64,000 nt of DNA, from NCBI RefSeq assembly GCF_036321535.1, contig NC_087437.1, positions 81,098,001 through 81,162,000 on the forward strand, read 5' to 3'. The DNA is from Camelus dromedarius. Its lineage: Eukaryota. The position numbers and the translations under genes are program-made. Below are positions 22,639 through 36,125 of this stretch, in pieces. A model generated the notes under the pieces. That model did not search any database and was not told where the DNA came from. It was given only the letters and a program-made list of their open reading frames with translations. Numbering within the stretch: position 1 is the stretch's first letter; each line of letters begins with the position of its first letter.

Positions 22639-25037
22639 AGGATCTCTTTGCTCAATGGACTCCATAGAGTAACTCAGTTTAAATTATGATTTAAAGAAAC
22701 AACTCTTGGTGTGGAGCAGGTGGCGTGAGCACCTGTAGTGGGCCATGCCCCAATCATTTCGTTTGGAGACTGAGATGGAGCCACACTTACTAACAGGTGG
22801 GGCTTCCCAGCCCTCGTAGTCCCCCTTTGCCCACTTGGACTTCTTCTGCCGCCTGCACGCTCTGCAGGAGAGAGAACAGCACTGCGGGTGCCCGGGAATC
22901 TCAGGGCACTGCTCCGGGAGGGGGAGGTAACAAGCCAGGAGCTCGTGCCCAGGTAGAGGGAGACCAGAGGGGCCAAGAGCAGCCCCTGGATGGCACAGAT
23001 GAGAGAGGTTTAGGGTGAGACCACAGATGAGCATCGGGGAACTCTCTCCAGAGTGAGTGAGAACAAAGACATTTAATACACTTTGCTGGGCTCCAAGTTC
23101 TTCAGTTCTGTTGAATATTTGAGAGGGACAAGAGTAAGACTTCGAGTCCCAGTCTGGGTCCATGTGTCTCTAAATGTGACATTGCTCTGCCACTGGATAC
23201 CTGGGAGTTGGACTTCATGTACTTCGTCATAATTTTTAGTGTGTTTGCTTTGGGATAAACTCTAGAAATTTTCCCAGATGTCCAACTGGACACAGAACTT
23301 TTGACAGAAACAAATCAGTACATCTCAAGAGCCAAATTGATGCTTCTGATTTTCCACTGAGCACTGTTACAGAATAAGAAGCCTACTTTTTGCTTCAAAG
23401 CAAGAGGAATTCCTTCAGTAAAGATTAATTTCCTTCTATAGTTTATGCTGTAGGAAAATAAGTATGGATAAGAGTGTCCTTTGTCTTTTTATAGCATAGA
23501 CCTGACAGCTACAGAGGCCAGTGGCTGTTGGGTTATGTGGCTGGAAGGGGATTCTGGCTGCAGCAAGACTTGAGGGGGATGGCCACGATTCAGCTACATT
23601 TGTACTTGTGGGAATGCAGAGAAGCCCTCTGCTGAAAGAAATGCAGTAACTCCTTATGCAACATGAAGTTTGCAAATAAAGATCATTTAATAATGATTTC
23701 CTTTGAAGAATATTTCGAATATAGCTTTTTGTTTGAGGCTAATCTTACAGGAGCAGGAAAAAAGGAAAGAATGCATTTTTCTTTAAACCTTAAAAAAAAG
23801 CTTTCCTCTGCTAAGATTATTGGGGATTTCCTCTGAGTCTTGGCAGATGATTTACAAAAATGAGTTAACACCCTCAGACGTGGATTCTTCCTACTCCACC
23901 CTGACTCTGTTCCAGCAAAATCCATTCTTCTTTTTCAAAAAAGCATGTTTTTTTTTTTTCTCTCTTCTTGGTGACATAGATTTACTTATCTGTCTGTTCT
24001 GAGCCATGTCTGGAGATTTGAAGATACTAGAGTTTCTTACCTTCCTTTTCAAATGCACATTTTGAGGACAAGATGCTGTTCTGAGTATAACATTTGTTAA
24101 ATACGTGATTGACAGAATTTTTTTTTCAAGCTTATAATAAAAGTGTCAAGGATCTGCTGCTGGCCATGTTTATTGGATGTACTCATCTCTTTACTTCTTG
24201 TCTTTTGCTCTCTCTACATTGGGCAGCACTGGGTACGTAGTATAGGGCTGATTGGCAGACAGGAGGGTCCCAATTCTGGTAATGCCACTGGTTAGCACTA
24301 GAACCCTACTGCAGTTACCTAACCTCACTTGGCCTCAGTTAACTATGCTTTAAAATGAAAAGCGTGTTTTACAATCTCTGAACTCCTTTCTCTTTCTAAA
24401 ACTCAGGGTGGTGCCCTCTGTAAGTAAGAGCGCATTGGGAATTGCCTTTGTGGCTCATTGTGACTGCATGTGTGGACTGCTTGGCTCTCACTCGGGTCTG
24501 TGTCTTTCTTGCTTCCTGGTTTGCATCACTTAGATCATGTCTGTGCCACCCCGCCCTTTGTGTCAAACACTGGATCCACATAAGATGAGGCAACCCTGAC
24601 CCTGCTGGTGAACTGAGAATAAATAGATTACTCCTATGGGTTTGGAAACGCTCAACAAATCCCAAGGGGGAATTAGGCACGAAGCCACGACTGCAAGAGA
24701 AACTCACGTTCAAAGGATAACCTGTATTTATTTTAGGGCAGCAAGTTATATTTAAGCTCTGTGAAATATATCATTTCTTAACAGTATTCTGAGATTTGAA
24801 GCTGTATAGTTTAGTAATAGAATAATAGGCTGGAAGTAACTTCAATCACAACCAGAAGCTGGATCAGGTAAGGCCAGATTATTCTACTAGAATTCCCCAA
24901 GGTCACCATGACAGTCCTTGCCTGTCCTCCAACACCACAGAGCCCTATTTTGATGCCAGCTTCAACCATCTGATAATTAGCCTCTTTCTAATCTCATTCA
25001 TTTTGGTAGATTTCAAAAAGCTATGTGACTACTTGAT

Positions 25038-25158
25038 GGGGAGGGTATAGCTCAGGGGTAGAGTGTGTGCTTAGCATGTATGAGGTCCTGGGTTTAATCC
25101 CCAGTACCTCCATAAAATAAATAAACCTAATTACCTACCCCAAAATACCAAAACAAAC
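25038..25158 (+). mobile_element. tRNA-Ala-derived camelid-type SINE with TSD
   Basis: GGGGAGGGTATAGCTCAGGGGTAGAGTGTGTGCTTAGCATG...; TSD aaaaagctatgtgactact (25015-25033) and aaaaaactatgtggctact (25159-25177). Confidence 0.93.
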
Positions 25159-26224
25159 AAAAAACTATGTGGCTACTAACCTAGATAGCTGCAGTTTTTT
25201 TATGTGTGTGAATGTATATTTTTTATGAAAACGAGGCTAAACTGAAAACTATTGGCCAATTGCAGATTTAAAATTTACCTATTAGAAAATGTTCATTGAG
25301 ATATTTTTATTCCTCAACTAATATAAGAAAATTTAAATGTCAGGCTAGTTGTAATCATTCTACCTATTGAACTGTTTTTGCATGGATTGAAATCAGAAAT
25401 TTGCATAGTGACATGGGTACACTGCCATAAAACTGGAATTAATTACTTTCATTGTTTATTTACAGGATAAATTGTCCTCCAAAAGGTAGAGAGGCTCAAC
25501 CTATCTGAGGCAGCATTTATTTCAAATAATATTTGGTTTACCAAAATTCTAATACAACAAAAACTTGATCTCTCCCTAGAAATTGATGGGACTGTAATGG
25601 GATTTACCTTTAGGGGTTAGAACCCAAAACCCCAGAGGGGACACAGTTCAAGCCCTTCCTTTCACAGTTAAGAACATTGAGGTTTAGGGACATGATAAAA
25701 TTGTCAGTCAAGGACAAAACTAGGTCTGCCAAAGTAACTTTCCATGCCTGAGTAATCTTCAGTATTGTTAACAATAAAATGAAAGCATTACAGATTATAG
25801 AGATTTAAAATTTATTGCACATGCAACAACGTTTGGGTTCTGTAGGGCAAGACCCTGTGTTCATCATGGGTGGGGGATGGGGACAGTGGGTCAGGCACAC
25901 AGACAGAGCATATGGTTTTCTAGAAAGGTAATCATAAAGACAGAGCCACCAAGCCTGATGTTAAAAGTAACAGCTTATCTTGAAAGAGGAAGAACAACAT
26001 TCTCAGACCAGTCATTTCTATCTGTGATGGTTCAAGAGAAGTATATTTGAGTCTTTATGTTCATAAAATTCCCGTAGCTTAATCGGTACTGTAGGTTCAT
26101 GAGTTTAACTAAGTAAGAAAATATATTTAACAAACTGTCTCAACTTCACATTTGCAATCCAACCTTGTGATAATAAAGACTCTGCTTAAGTCTTTTGTTG
26201 TTGTTTAATTATTTCACTTTAGAT

Positions 26225-26373
26225 CAGGGGTCAGCAAACTTTTTCAGTAAAAGACTAGATAGTAAATGCTTTGGGTTTTGTGAGCCATACAGTAGTATTT
26301 GTCATACTCAACTCTGCTGTTTTTACAAAAACAGGTGGCAGACTGGATTTGGCCCATGAGCCACTATTTGCCC
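26225..26373 (-). mobile_element. MER58A hAT-Charlie, internally deleted
   Basis: caggggtcagcaaactttttcagtaaaagactagatagtaaat...aaaaacaggtggcagactggatttggccc. Confidence 0.85.
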
Positions 26374-27976
26374 TTTAGAGAAGGATATTAAGAGATAACT
26401 TTGCCTTACTTGCTTCACTTCACCAGAGAGAAGTTGGCAAAAGCCATGCTGATGGATAAAGGTCTTACCCAGTCTTTCAGGGGACCGTTAGAAAGAAGGG
26501 TTTATTGAGAGCAGATCTCTTGCCTGTACTCATAGCGCACACATGATGTCATGGGTCTCTATTTGTGACAAAACAGCTGTGCAGGATGGAAGCAGTGTTG
26601 TGAGTTCAACAAGACCTCTCTCTTAAGTTTGGAGAACAGAAGCATTCTCAGGATGATAATGTTGATCTTGCTGTCATGTCACCTTTTTAGGATTAAATTA
26701 GGAGGAAAGCTAGACCTAGTGCATGGCCTTTTTGCCCATCTTTGGCCTTGGGTGAAGTCCTTCCTTAACCCAGGGACATGGCAGATGCACGCATTTATGT
26801 GTTTCAGACACCTCTACAGTAATTGTAGCATTTATCATTTGTAAAGGTGATTTAGAACATGAAATTGAGCATGTTGGGGACAGGGACTTTGTTTTATTCC
26901 CAGCTGTGATGTTTTGGCAAAATCACTTGACCAGGCTGGGTCTCTGTTGACCTCATTTGTTAGATCTTTAAAGCTCTTCCACCACTAACATGTCATGATT
27001 CAATTTTTTAGAATAATGCTTAGAACACAGAAGTTACTCATAAATGCTTCTTTTTTAAAAAAGAATGATACATAAACTTAATCGTTCCCTCACTAAAACC
27101 GGTTCTTCTAATGGTGAATCAAATACTTTAATTTCATAAAAGAGTAAAAGCTTCCCATGTTTTCATGTCATTACTGTAGCAACTCTGCTAGGATGTACTT
27201 CGGTCCAGCAATAATTGACCTTTTTGAAGGACATTTGCTAAACCTGTACAGTTGCATTTTTTATGAGTCCTGCTATTAAAAGAAATTAGAGTGCTTAATT
27301 GTTTGAGCAGCCCAGAATTCTGTCACCATACCCAATAAGGTTTTTGAATTTTCTTAGGTCTTGACACAGAACTTGAGAAAGATGGAACTTGAAATGAATT
27401 AGGATTATGGGCCAAAAAGTTGCTTTACCTTAGACCTGTAAATCTGCTAATTCAAATGTCCAAAGTGTGGCTTTATATTCACACTGAAAAAGGTTGGCTT
27501 GTGTGTGCAAGAGGAGGTAGGCCTGGGAAACAAGCTACAAATGACCAGTGAGAAGCCTTCAGCCCTGGGTTATCTATGATCATGGCACTCACACCGTTAG
27601 AAGGTAAATAATGCAATTTGGTTTCCTGTACCAATAGGAATATTTACCACAAGATAAGAAACACCTTAGTTCTTCATCAGTCTTTCTACCTTCATAGGAA
27701 TTAGCTCTTCAGCTCTTTTTCAGTATGACAATTAGACAACTGGAGCTGTAAGTCAGGGACGCCTCTACCAGTGAGGGTAGAGAGGCTGGCAGAAACCCGA
27801 AGTTGGGGTGGATATGCTAAAACTGGAGGCAGGAGGATGCTGGAATTTTGTTTACAGAAGCTCCCCCACCCACCCACTCAGTCCAGGACCAATAAAGTAG
27901 AAGCTTGCTATAAACTATTATTCTTTTCAGATGCTTTTAATGTCTCAAGTCCTTTCTAATTAAAAATTAAATCAAC

Positions 27977-28074
27977 AAGAAAAAAGAAAGAGAGAAGAGA
28001 ATATGAAGGAGGAGGAAGAAAGGAAGAAAGAGAGAAAGAAAGGAAGGAAGAAAACAAGAAAAAGAAAAAGAAAG
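27977..28074. repeat. GA-rich polypurine low-complexity tract
   Basis: About 98 bp almost entirely A/G (aagaaaaaagaaagagagaagag...gaaggaaggaag...). Confidence 0.9.
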
Positions 28075-28084
28075 CAAGCTTGGG

Positions 28085-29560
28085 GGGATGGTACCTGGTT
28101 AACTGACATTTCTGAGCTATTGACTGCTTCTTGTGTGCCAGTTCTCAGGCACTGAGGATAATGAAGTGAATAAAAAGATAGCTGTGATTTCATGTAGCTT
28201 TCATTGTAGTGAGCAGGAAGATGTAATTATATAATAGCATACTAAATTAATAATACAAACTGAGATCAATATTCTTCATGAATAAGCGCTCCCAAAAGAG
28301 AAGGCAAATCTAGGCTGGGGTGTCAGGGAAGGCTTCCATTGGAAGGAACTCTTAAGCCAAGTCTGAAGTGATCTCCCAGATGAGGAGAATAATGAGACTC
28401 AGACCCTCTTTAGGAGAGGAACTAGCTCTGAACAGATGCCTTGCTATGGATTGAGCAGGTAAGATGGAGGAAATGAAAGTTGGCCAGTGGGACTGGAGGG
28501 CAGTGAAAAGTGGAGAGTGCTGACAGGAGAGGCTGGAGAGAGAGATGCAGGAGCATCTTGCACACTGGGGATCAACTACATCGGAATTGTTGTTGATCAT
28601 TGTAAGAGCAAAGGCAGCTTTGAAGTGTGCTAGGCACAGGTGATGTTACCAGAATTAGGTTCAAAGGCGATTTCTCTGGTCACCAGCATGGAGTCTGTTT
28701 TAGTAGTTGTAGTAAGAGATGGTATTGATTTGGACTATTGTGGTAATTTAGCAGTGATAAATAGAAATAAATGGATTTATGAGATATTAAGGAGGTGAAA
28801 ATATACAGATGTTATAAATAGGTATTTGGGGAGAAAAGAAGAAAGCATTAAAGACGACTACCAGTTTCCTAGCCTGTACCTATCGTGAGCACAATGTAGT
28901 GGTTGAGAACATGTACCCTAACCTTGCCCGTGTTTTCAATCCCAGCTCTGCTACTTGGGTACTAATGGGTGGTCTTTAGCTGATCCCTTAACTACTCTGT
29001 CTCACCTTTGAGATGGGGATGGCACTAGTCACCATATCAGAGAATTGTAGTGAGGATTAAATGAGTTAATGTATCTAAACAATGCATGAACGCCATCATG
29101 ATAAGGATAACGGTCATTCCATCAGAGAACAAATACTTGAAAAGAGTCAGTTATAAGGCTAAGAACATGGGTTCAGTTTTAGGCATGTGGAATCTGAGAT
29201 GACTTTGAGTCATCTGAGTGAAGAGTGTTGAGTAGACAGTTTCACATATGGATCTAGACTCAGTGACAAGTCTGGATTAAAGTTATAAACTAGGAATCAT
29301 CAGTGTGTCAATGACAGTTCAGATCATAGAAATGAATAAAATTACTGTGAAAAGGCTTTCAGAATGAGGCTCAAAATCCTCCAATATTTAACGAGCAGGT
29401 AGAGAAGTTTGAGATTACAAAGACACAAAAAAGAGTAGTCACAGAACTAGAAGAATTGTTTGAAGGAGAGTGTGATCAACATTATGTGATGCTGCTAAAG
29501 CTGTAGTAAGATGAGAATCTTGTGACCTAGAAAATACAGTCACTGCTGACCTTACAGGGA
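28085..29560 (-). mobile_element. L2 LINE (fragmented; MIR nested at about 28890-29090)
   Basis: ctattgactgcttcttgtgtgccagttctcaggcactgagg..., gtcagggaaggcttcc, gttcagttttaggcatgtggaatctgagatg; nested MIR gtagtggttgagaac...tgaggattaaatgagttaat. Confidence 0.8.
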
Positions 29561-29564
29561 GCAA

Positions 29565-30075
29565 CTATGTCCTTACAGATTTTTTGCCTGCTAAATCTGT
29601 CCATTTCTGATAGAGGGTTGTTGAAGTGTTGAGGTCTCTAACTCTGATGTGGATTATTAATCTACATCTCCTTGATGTTCTGTCAATTTTTGCCTCACAC
29701 AGTTTGACCCTGTGCTGTTAGGCACATATATGTTGAGGAGTGTTATATCTTCTTAGAGAATTGACCCCTTTTTCAATATGTAATGTCCCTCTTTATTCCT
29801 AATAAAATTCCTTGCTTTGAAGTCTGCTCTGTCTGAATTTAATATAGCTACTTCTGCTTTCTTTTGATTAGTGTTAACATGATATATCTTTCTCTATCCA
29901 TTTACTTTTAATCCATATGTAGCTTTACATTTAAAATGGGTTCCTTATAGAACCCATTTAATCCATATGTAGCTTTACATTTAAAATGGGTTCCTTATAG
30001 ATGACATATAGCTGGGTCTTGTTCTTGATCCACTGTGATGATCTCTCTTATTTAGACCATTGATGTCCAAAGATT
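29565..30075 (-). mobile_element. Old L1M internal fragment
   Basis: ttgaagtctgctctgtctgaatttaatatagctacttctgctttcttttgattagtgtt, typical antisense sequence from the 5' part of L1 ORF2. Confidence 0.8.
29907..30001. repeat. Perfect 45-bp direct duplication with a 5-bp spacer
   Basis: tttaatccatatgtagctttacatttaaaatgggttccttataga at 29907-29951 and 29957-30001, separated by accca. Confidence 0.97.
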
Positions 30076-30133
30076 TTTTATATATAGTCTCAAATCAATG
30101 ATTTGGCAGGTAGAACAGACTTACTGATGGTAA

Positions 30134-31143
<1,010 letters not shown>

Positions 31144-31752
31144 TAAGGCTGATTTATGTGAAAATGTCATAAACAGAAAGTTTTTAGTTTTTAAACACAA
31201 AATTTTACAAAAGGAGAGTTTGACTTTTTGCATCATAATAGTGGCAATAATATCTGAATCTGGGTTTATAACTTGCTTTACCACTAATTGTGAATTAGGC
31301 TGTTTCCTCCCTCTTTTCACATTTTCTTCTCACCCTGCTATGCCACCAGCTAGGCCTACTGTTGTATCCAAACATCCTCTGCTACCATGTCTCTTTCCCT
31401 CTCTGTCCCTTAATGGTGCTTGTTGCGGCCAACCTCACACTATCTGACAGTGAACTTCACTTCCTAATATGCATGATTTATACCTGAGCCCTGGGATAGA
31501 CCATGCCTTACTCGTCTTCTGTTTCTTATTATCACAAGTAACTTCTATCTCTAGGATTGATTCTTGATTCAAAACTGGAAACTCAAATATGATGGTGGGC
31601 AGCTGGGGTGAGGCATATTTCTTTGGGTAGAGCCTTTTAGTGCCAGAATGGGCCTTTGCGTCCTTATTGCAGTGAGGAGTTGGTGCTAGTGCTGCCTTTG
31701 CTAAGCCTTGCTGTTCATGAAGCCTGCCTTTGAGTGGATGATGTAAAAACAC

Positions 31753-32320
31753 TGTGTTAGTTTTCTATGGCTGCCACAATAAGTTACCACAAACTTAGCA
31801 GTTTTTAAATAACACAAATTTATTCTCTTACAGCTCTATAGGTTGGAAGTCTGGGTGGGTGTGGTTGGCTTCTCTGTTCCAAGTGTCAGGAGACGTAAAA
31901 GTGTTGGCTGCTGTGGACTTGTTAACTGGAGGTCCTGAGAGGGAATCCACTTCCAGGCTCGTTCACGTTCTTGGTGGAATTAAGTTCCGTGTGGTTGTAG
32001 GACTGAGGCCCCTGTTTCCTTGTTGGATGTTGTCTGAGAGTCATTCTCAGCTTCTAGGGGCCACCCATATTCCTTGTCATATGACCCCCTTCCTTCATCT
32101 TCAAAGCCAGCAACCACAGGTTGAGTCTTTCACATGTTTTGAATCTCTCTGACTTCCCCTTCTACTTCATCTGTCCTGCTTCCAGCCAGACAAAGTCCTC
32201 TGCTTTTAAGAGGTCATGTAATTAGATTGGGCCCACCCAGAAAATCCATGAAAATCTCCTTACTTCAAGGTCCATAACCTTAATCATGCCTGAAAAGTTC
32301 CATTTACCATTTTGTATAAC
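31753..32320 (-). mobile_element. MaLR solo LTR (MLT1E/D-like)
   Basis: tgtgttagttttctatggctgccacaataagttaccacaaacttagc...attagattgggcccacccag...aaggtccataacct. Confidence 0.88.
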
Positions 32321-34000
32321 ACATTTTTTCTTCTGTATGTAATAGGTCCTTTTGCCCTGGTTGCCTCCCAGTTTTTGTCTTTGTCTTCAGCAGTTTGAAG
32401 ATGAGATATATCTCTATCTCTGTCTCTGTCCCTGTCTCTATCTCTATCTCTGGTGTTGTTTGTATTTATTCTGTGTGATAGTTTCTGAGATTCTTGGGTT
32501 TGTGGTTTGGTGTCCATCATTGATTTAGAAAAATGTCAACTCTTTCTCTCTTCAAATATTTTTTTCTGTTCAATTTTCTTTCTCTTCCGAGTTTCCAATT
32601 ACATGTATGTTGAACTGATTCTTATTGTTCCTCTTAGATGCTCTACTTTTTAAAAAGTTCACTTCTTACTTTTTGATTACCATGTTTTTCATTTCTGACA
32701 TTTCAATTTGATTCATTCTTACACTATTCTCTTCTGAAATTATCTGATCATACATACTGCCTGTCTTTTCCACTAGAACCTTAAACATATTTATCAAAGT
32801 TATTATAAATTCCATCTGCTAGTTCCAATATGTGTGCTATATCAGAGTCTGGTTCTGTGGATTGCTTGATCTCTTGACAGTGTGGTTTTTTCTTCTTTCT
32901 TTGTACGTCTCACATATTGTTTGTTTGTTTGTTTTAAACCTAACATCTTTCTAGGACAGTAGAGACTAGGAAAATAGTTTTTATGCCTGAAAATGAGCGT
33001 GCATTTTCTTTTGTTAGGCCTTAGGTTGAGACAATTGTGTCATGAGTTGAACTATTGTTGCCATGATTACTCCAATGCACCACAGACTTCAGATTTCTCT
33101 AGCATTACCTTGTAAAACGAGAACTGATTTTTCAGAGGGTATTTCTTATCGTCTTCTCTTTGAGTCTGCAGCTCAGAAAAGGTTTCTCTCCATGCTCTTG
33201 GTGCTCCCCTAGCATTCAGCTGGTGGGGTCCTTGTTAGTCTGTGCTTACTAGACAGTTGCTAGGGGGTCTGGATGGGTTCCGTCTGCTGTTCTTATCCAT
33301 CCTGTGTTAGGAAGGCGCTGCGCCCTGTATGGTAGAGGTGGGTCCGCCTCACCCACGGTGGAAATCACTGATGGCTTGGGACTAGGAGGTATTCCTGCCC
33401 CTCTCCCAGGAATAGAGGTTGTATTCCCATTCCCTTCTCCCAGATGCAGTGGCTCTTCACCTGTGCTTAGAGCATCAAGGTTGTCTTTCCTCCCATGGAG
33501 TTGGGCTTGTGTCCACAGGAAAGACAGAAGAGAAAGATCCAGGTGGTATTTTCTGACTTTCCCACGGTGGCTGCTATAGCCCCCTCCCCACCCCCACCCC
33601 CACCCCAGGCTTGCCCCGCAAAGGAGGCTTTCTCCGGGCCCTCTCACTACTTCTAGTCTTTCCTGTAAGCAGCCATGAGGGGCATGGAGAAGAGCCTACA
33701 GGTGGCTGCAAATTCTCCCTGTGCCTGTGACTCCCAGGGGTTCCGTATTCTCTAGAAGATCCACACTCGGCCTTTAGAAATTCATTAAAAATTTTAACCA
33801 AATTCTTCTTACTAGCTTCTTTGGCAGTTAGTGGCATCTCTCCTTGGATGTGCTTATTTTTCCTTAGATGTCAGTTTTCCCTGCAACATCAACTCTTTTG
33901 ATTATTTTTTAAACACCTGCAAATTTGAAGATTGTTTAGGGGTACTCTTTTGGTTGTTGTAAGGGTGGGAGCGATGTTTTGTTCAGCTTTCTACATCCTA
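32321..34000 (-). mobile_element. Old L1M 5' region (ORF1/5'UTR remnant)
   Basis: tctttgtcttcagcagtttg, tgtggtttggtgtccatcattgattt, ttcttcaaatattttttct, tagttccaatatgtgtgctatatcagagtctggttctg; ORF 32284-32520 retains ORF1-like KPQTQESQ. Confidence 0.7.
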
Positions 34001-34499
34001 ATCATAATTTCAGTGTTTTGGAGAACACTTTTATCCTATCTTTCTGTTTTAAAATTACAGGTATGCTTACTCCTTTCATTAGTTTTCCCCGCAGAGTACA
34101 CTAGAGGATATTGGTGATATGGCAGAATCATCCTGGATAAGAACACCAAGTTGCTCGTCCCTCTGGTGAAGTAGATCCTCAAAGTATGTTCTCTCTCACA
34201 GAATGAGGCTGTAAAGAATATGCTGGTGCCAACTGGAGCTTTGTGTCTCTCTCCCTCATACAATCTCTCTTCCTCTATTCTGTTTCATTTCTTAGTCCAT
34301 TCATTGTTTGTAGCACCAGCCACGTATTTCTCAGTTTAGACAATTTTTATGAGATATTCCACAAAAAAATAATATGCAATTATTCTGAGTCCCATCTCAA
34401 TCTTTCCAGACCATGAGCTGAGCTGTGTGCAGTAAGGCCTCAGATCACAGTTAAAGTTTGGTTCTCCTTTGGCAAGTAAGTTACCATCTCTGGGCTTCA

Positions 34500-36125
34500 G
34501 TTTCCTCCTGTGTCTGGTTTCCTCCTTTTTCACTGGCCACTCCTCAGTCTCCTTCGCTGATTCATTCTCATCTCACCCATCTCTTAAATTGGAACATCCC
34601 AGGACTGAGTCTTTGGATCTCTTTTCTCTCCTCTCACTCCCTTAGTGATCTCATCTCGTCTAGTGACTTTAAATACCATCTAAACACTGATAAGTTGAAA
34701 ATTTTTATCTCCAGCCCTGACCATGTGCTTGACTTCAGGCCTGTTTATCCAAGTCCCTGCTCAGTATCTCCACTTGACTTTCCAGTAGACACCGAGGTGT
34801 CAGCATGTCTAAAACTAAGCTCTCGAGTCCCTCCTTCCCCAGGCTTGCTTCTCCTACAGTCTTTCCCAGCTCAGTTAAAGACAGCTCTGTCTTTCCAATT
34901 ATTAAGGTTGAAAAAAAATAGAGACATTTGTAACTCCATTTTTGCTCATGAATCTCACGTTTGATTCACCAGCAAATATTTTCAGCTTGACTTTCAAAAT
35001 TTATCCTAAATCTTTATTTCTCTGTTTTTCTCAGTCACATGCTCTCCCACCCTGATTCAAGCTACCACCATCTCTCACGTGGGTCCCTTGTATTATTGCT
35101 GCAGTGCCCTCACTGGTCTCCTGCTTTTACCTTTCAGGATATTCTCCCATGACACTCACAGTCATTCTGTTAAATATGTCAGATGTTGTCACTCTTCTGC
35201 TCAACACCCTCCAATAACTTTCCAGCTTAGATAAAGTTCCAGATCCTCCCTAGAAGGCTCTGTGCATCTGGCCCAGTTACCTCTGGCTTTTCTTCTTACC
35301 GTTTCCTTCTTGCTCTTCTTCCTACAGCCACAGTGGCCATGCATGTCCCTTTTTCTCTGGCCCTTTGAACTGGGTATTCCTTCAGCCTGAAATGTTCCTC
35401 CCCCAGATATCTGAATGACTGACCTCCTCTTTTTCTTCAGGTCTTTATCCTTAAGCAAAGCCTCCTAAATATACCTAAGACTGTATTTCCTCCCTACCTG
35501 AGCCTTCTGAACTGCTTTCCTGATTTGCTTTCTTCCCACAGCATTTATCTCCCCCTATACTAGTCAGGTTAAGCCAGATTATGCCTCAACAAGAAACAAG
35601 CCCCAAATCTCAGTGGCCTTCGAATGACAAAAATATACCTCTTGCTCAATTACATGCCCACTGATGATGGCCATGGCGCCTGCTCTTTGTAGTTATTCAA
35701 GGCTCAGGCTCCATCTGGTTGATTGCTTCCCTGCAGGAGGTTTAGAATGGGATTGGAGGGTCTTGCACCAACAGTTTAATGTGCAGTTCTGGAAGTGGCA
35801 TAGGTCCCTTTTGCCCTCAGCCTACTGGGTGAAAATTAATTACATAGTCATGATTAATTTCAAGGATATGGAAATATATAGTTATTTCTTGTGCCCAGAA
35901 TTAGAGGGAAATCAGGTTATCAAGAAACAGCAGCGATATCTGCCCTACCATCTGACATATCACATGTCTTAATTACTACTTGTCTAGCTCTTTTCACTAG
36001 AATGTGACGTCAACGAAAAACATGGCTTTTTGTTTGTTTTATTCATGACCACTTTCTCAGCTCATAGAAAAGAACTTGGCATATTCTAGATGCTCAGTAA
36101 ATATTTGTTAAGTGAATGAATGATT
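34500..36125 (+). mobile_element. L2 LINE 3' part, interrupted by an MLT1-type LTR at about 35557-35950
   Basis: gactttaaataccatctaaacactga, cagatgttgtcactcttctgctcaacaccctcca, 3' end tgctcagtaaatatttgttaagtgaatgaatga. Confidence 0.85.
35557..35950 (-). mobile_element. Old MaLR LTR (MLT1J/K-like)
   Basis: tagtcaggttaagccagattatgcctcaacaagaaacaagccccaaatctcagtggc...tgtgcccagaa...tctgccctacca. Confidence 0.65.

Noticed and set aside
34458..34964. 168-aa ORF
   Set aside because: Lies within a decayed L2, has a non-ATG start, and its Ser/Leu/Pro bias reflects pyrimidine-rich DNA.
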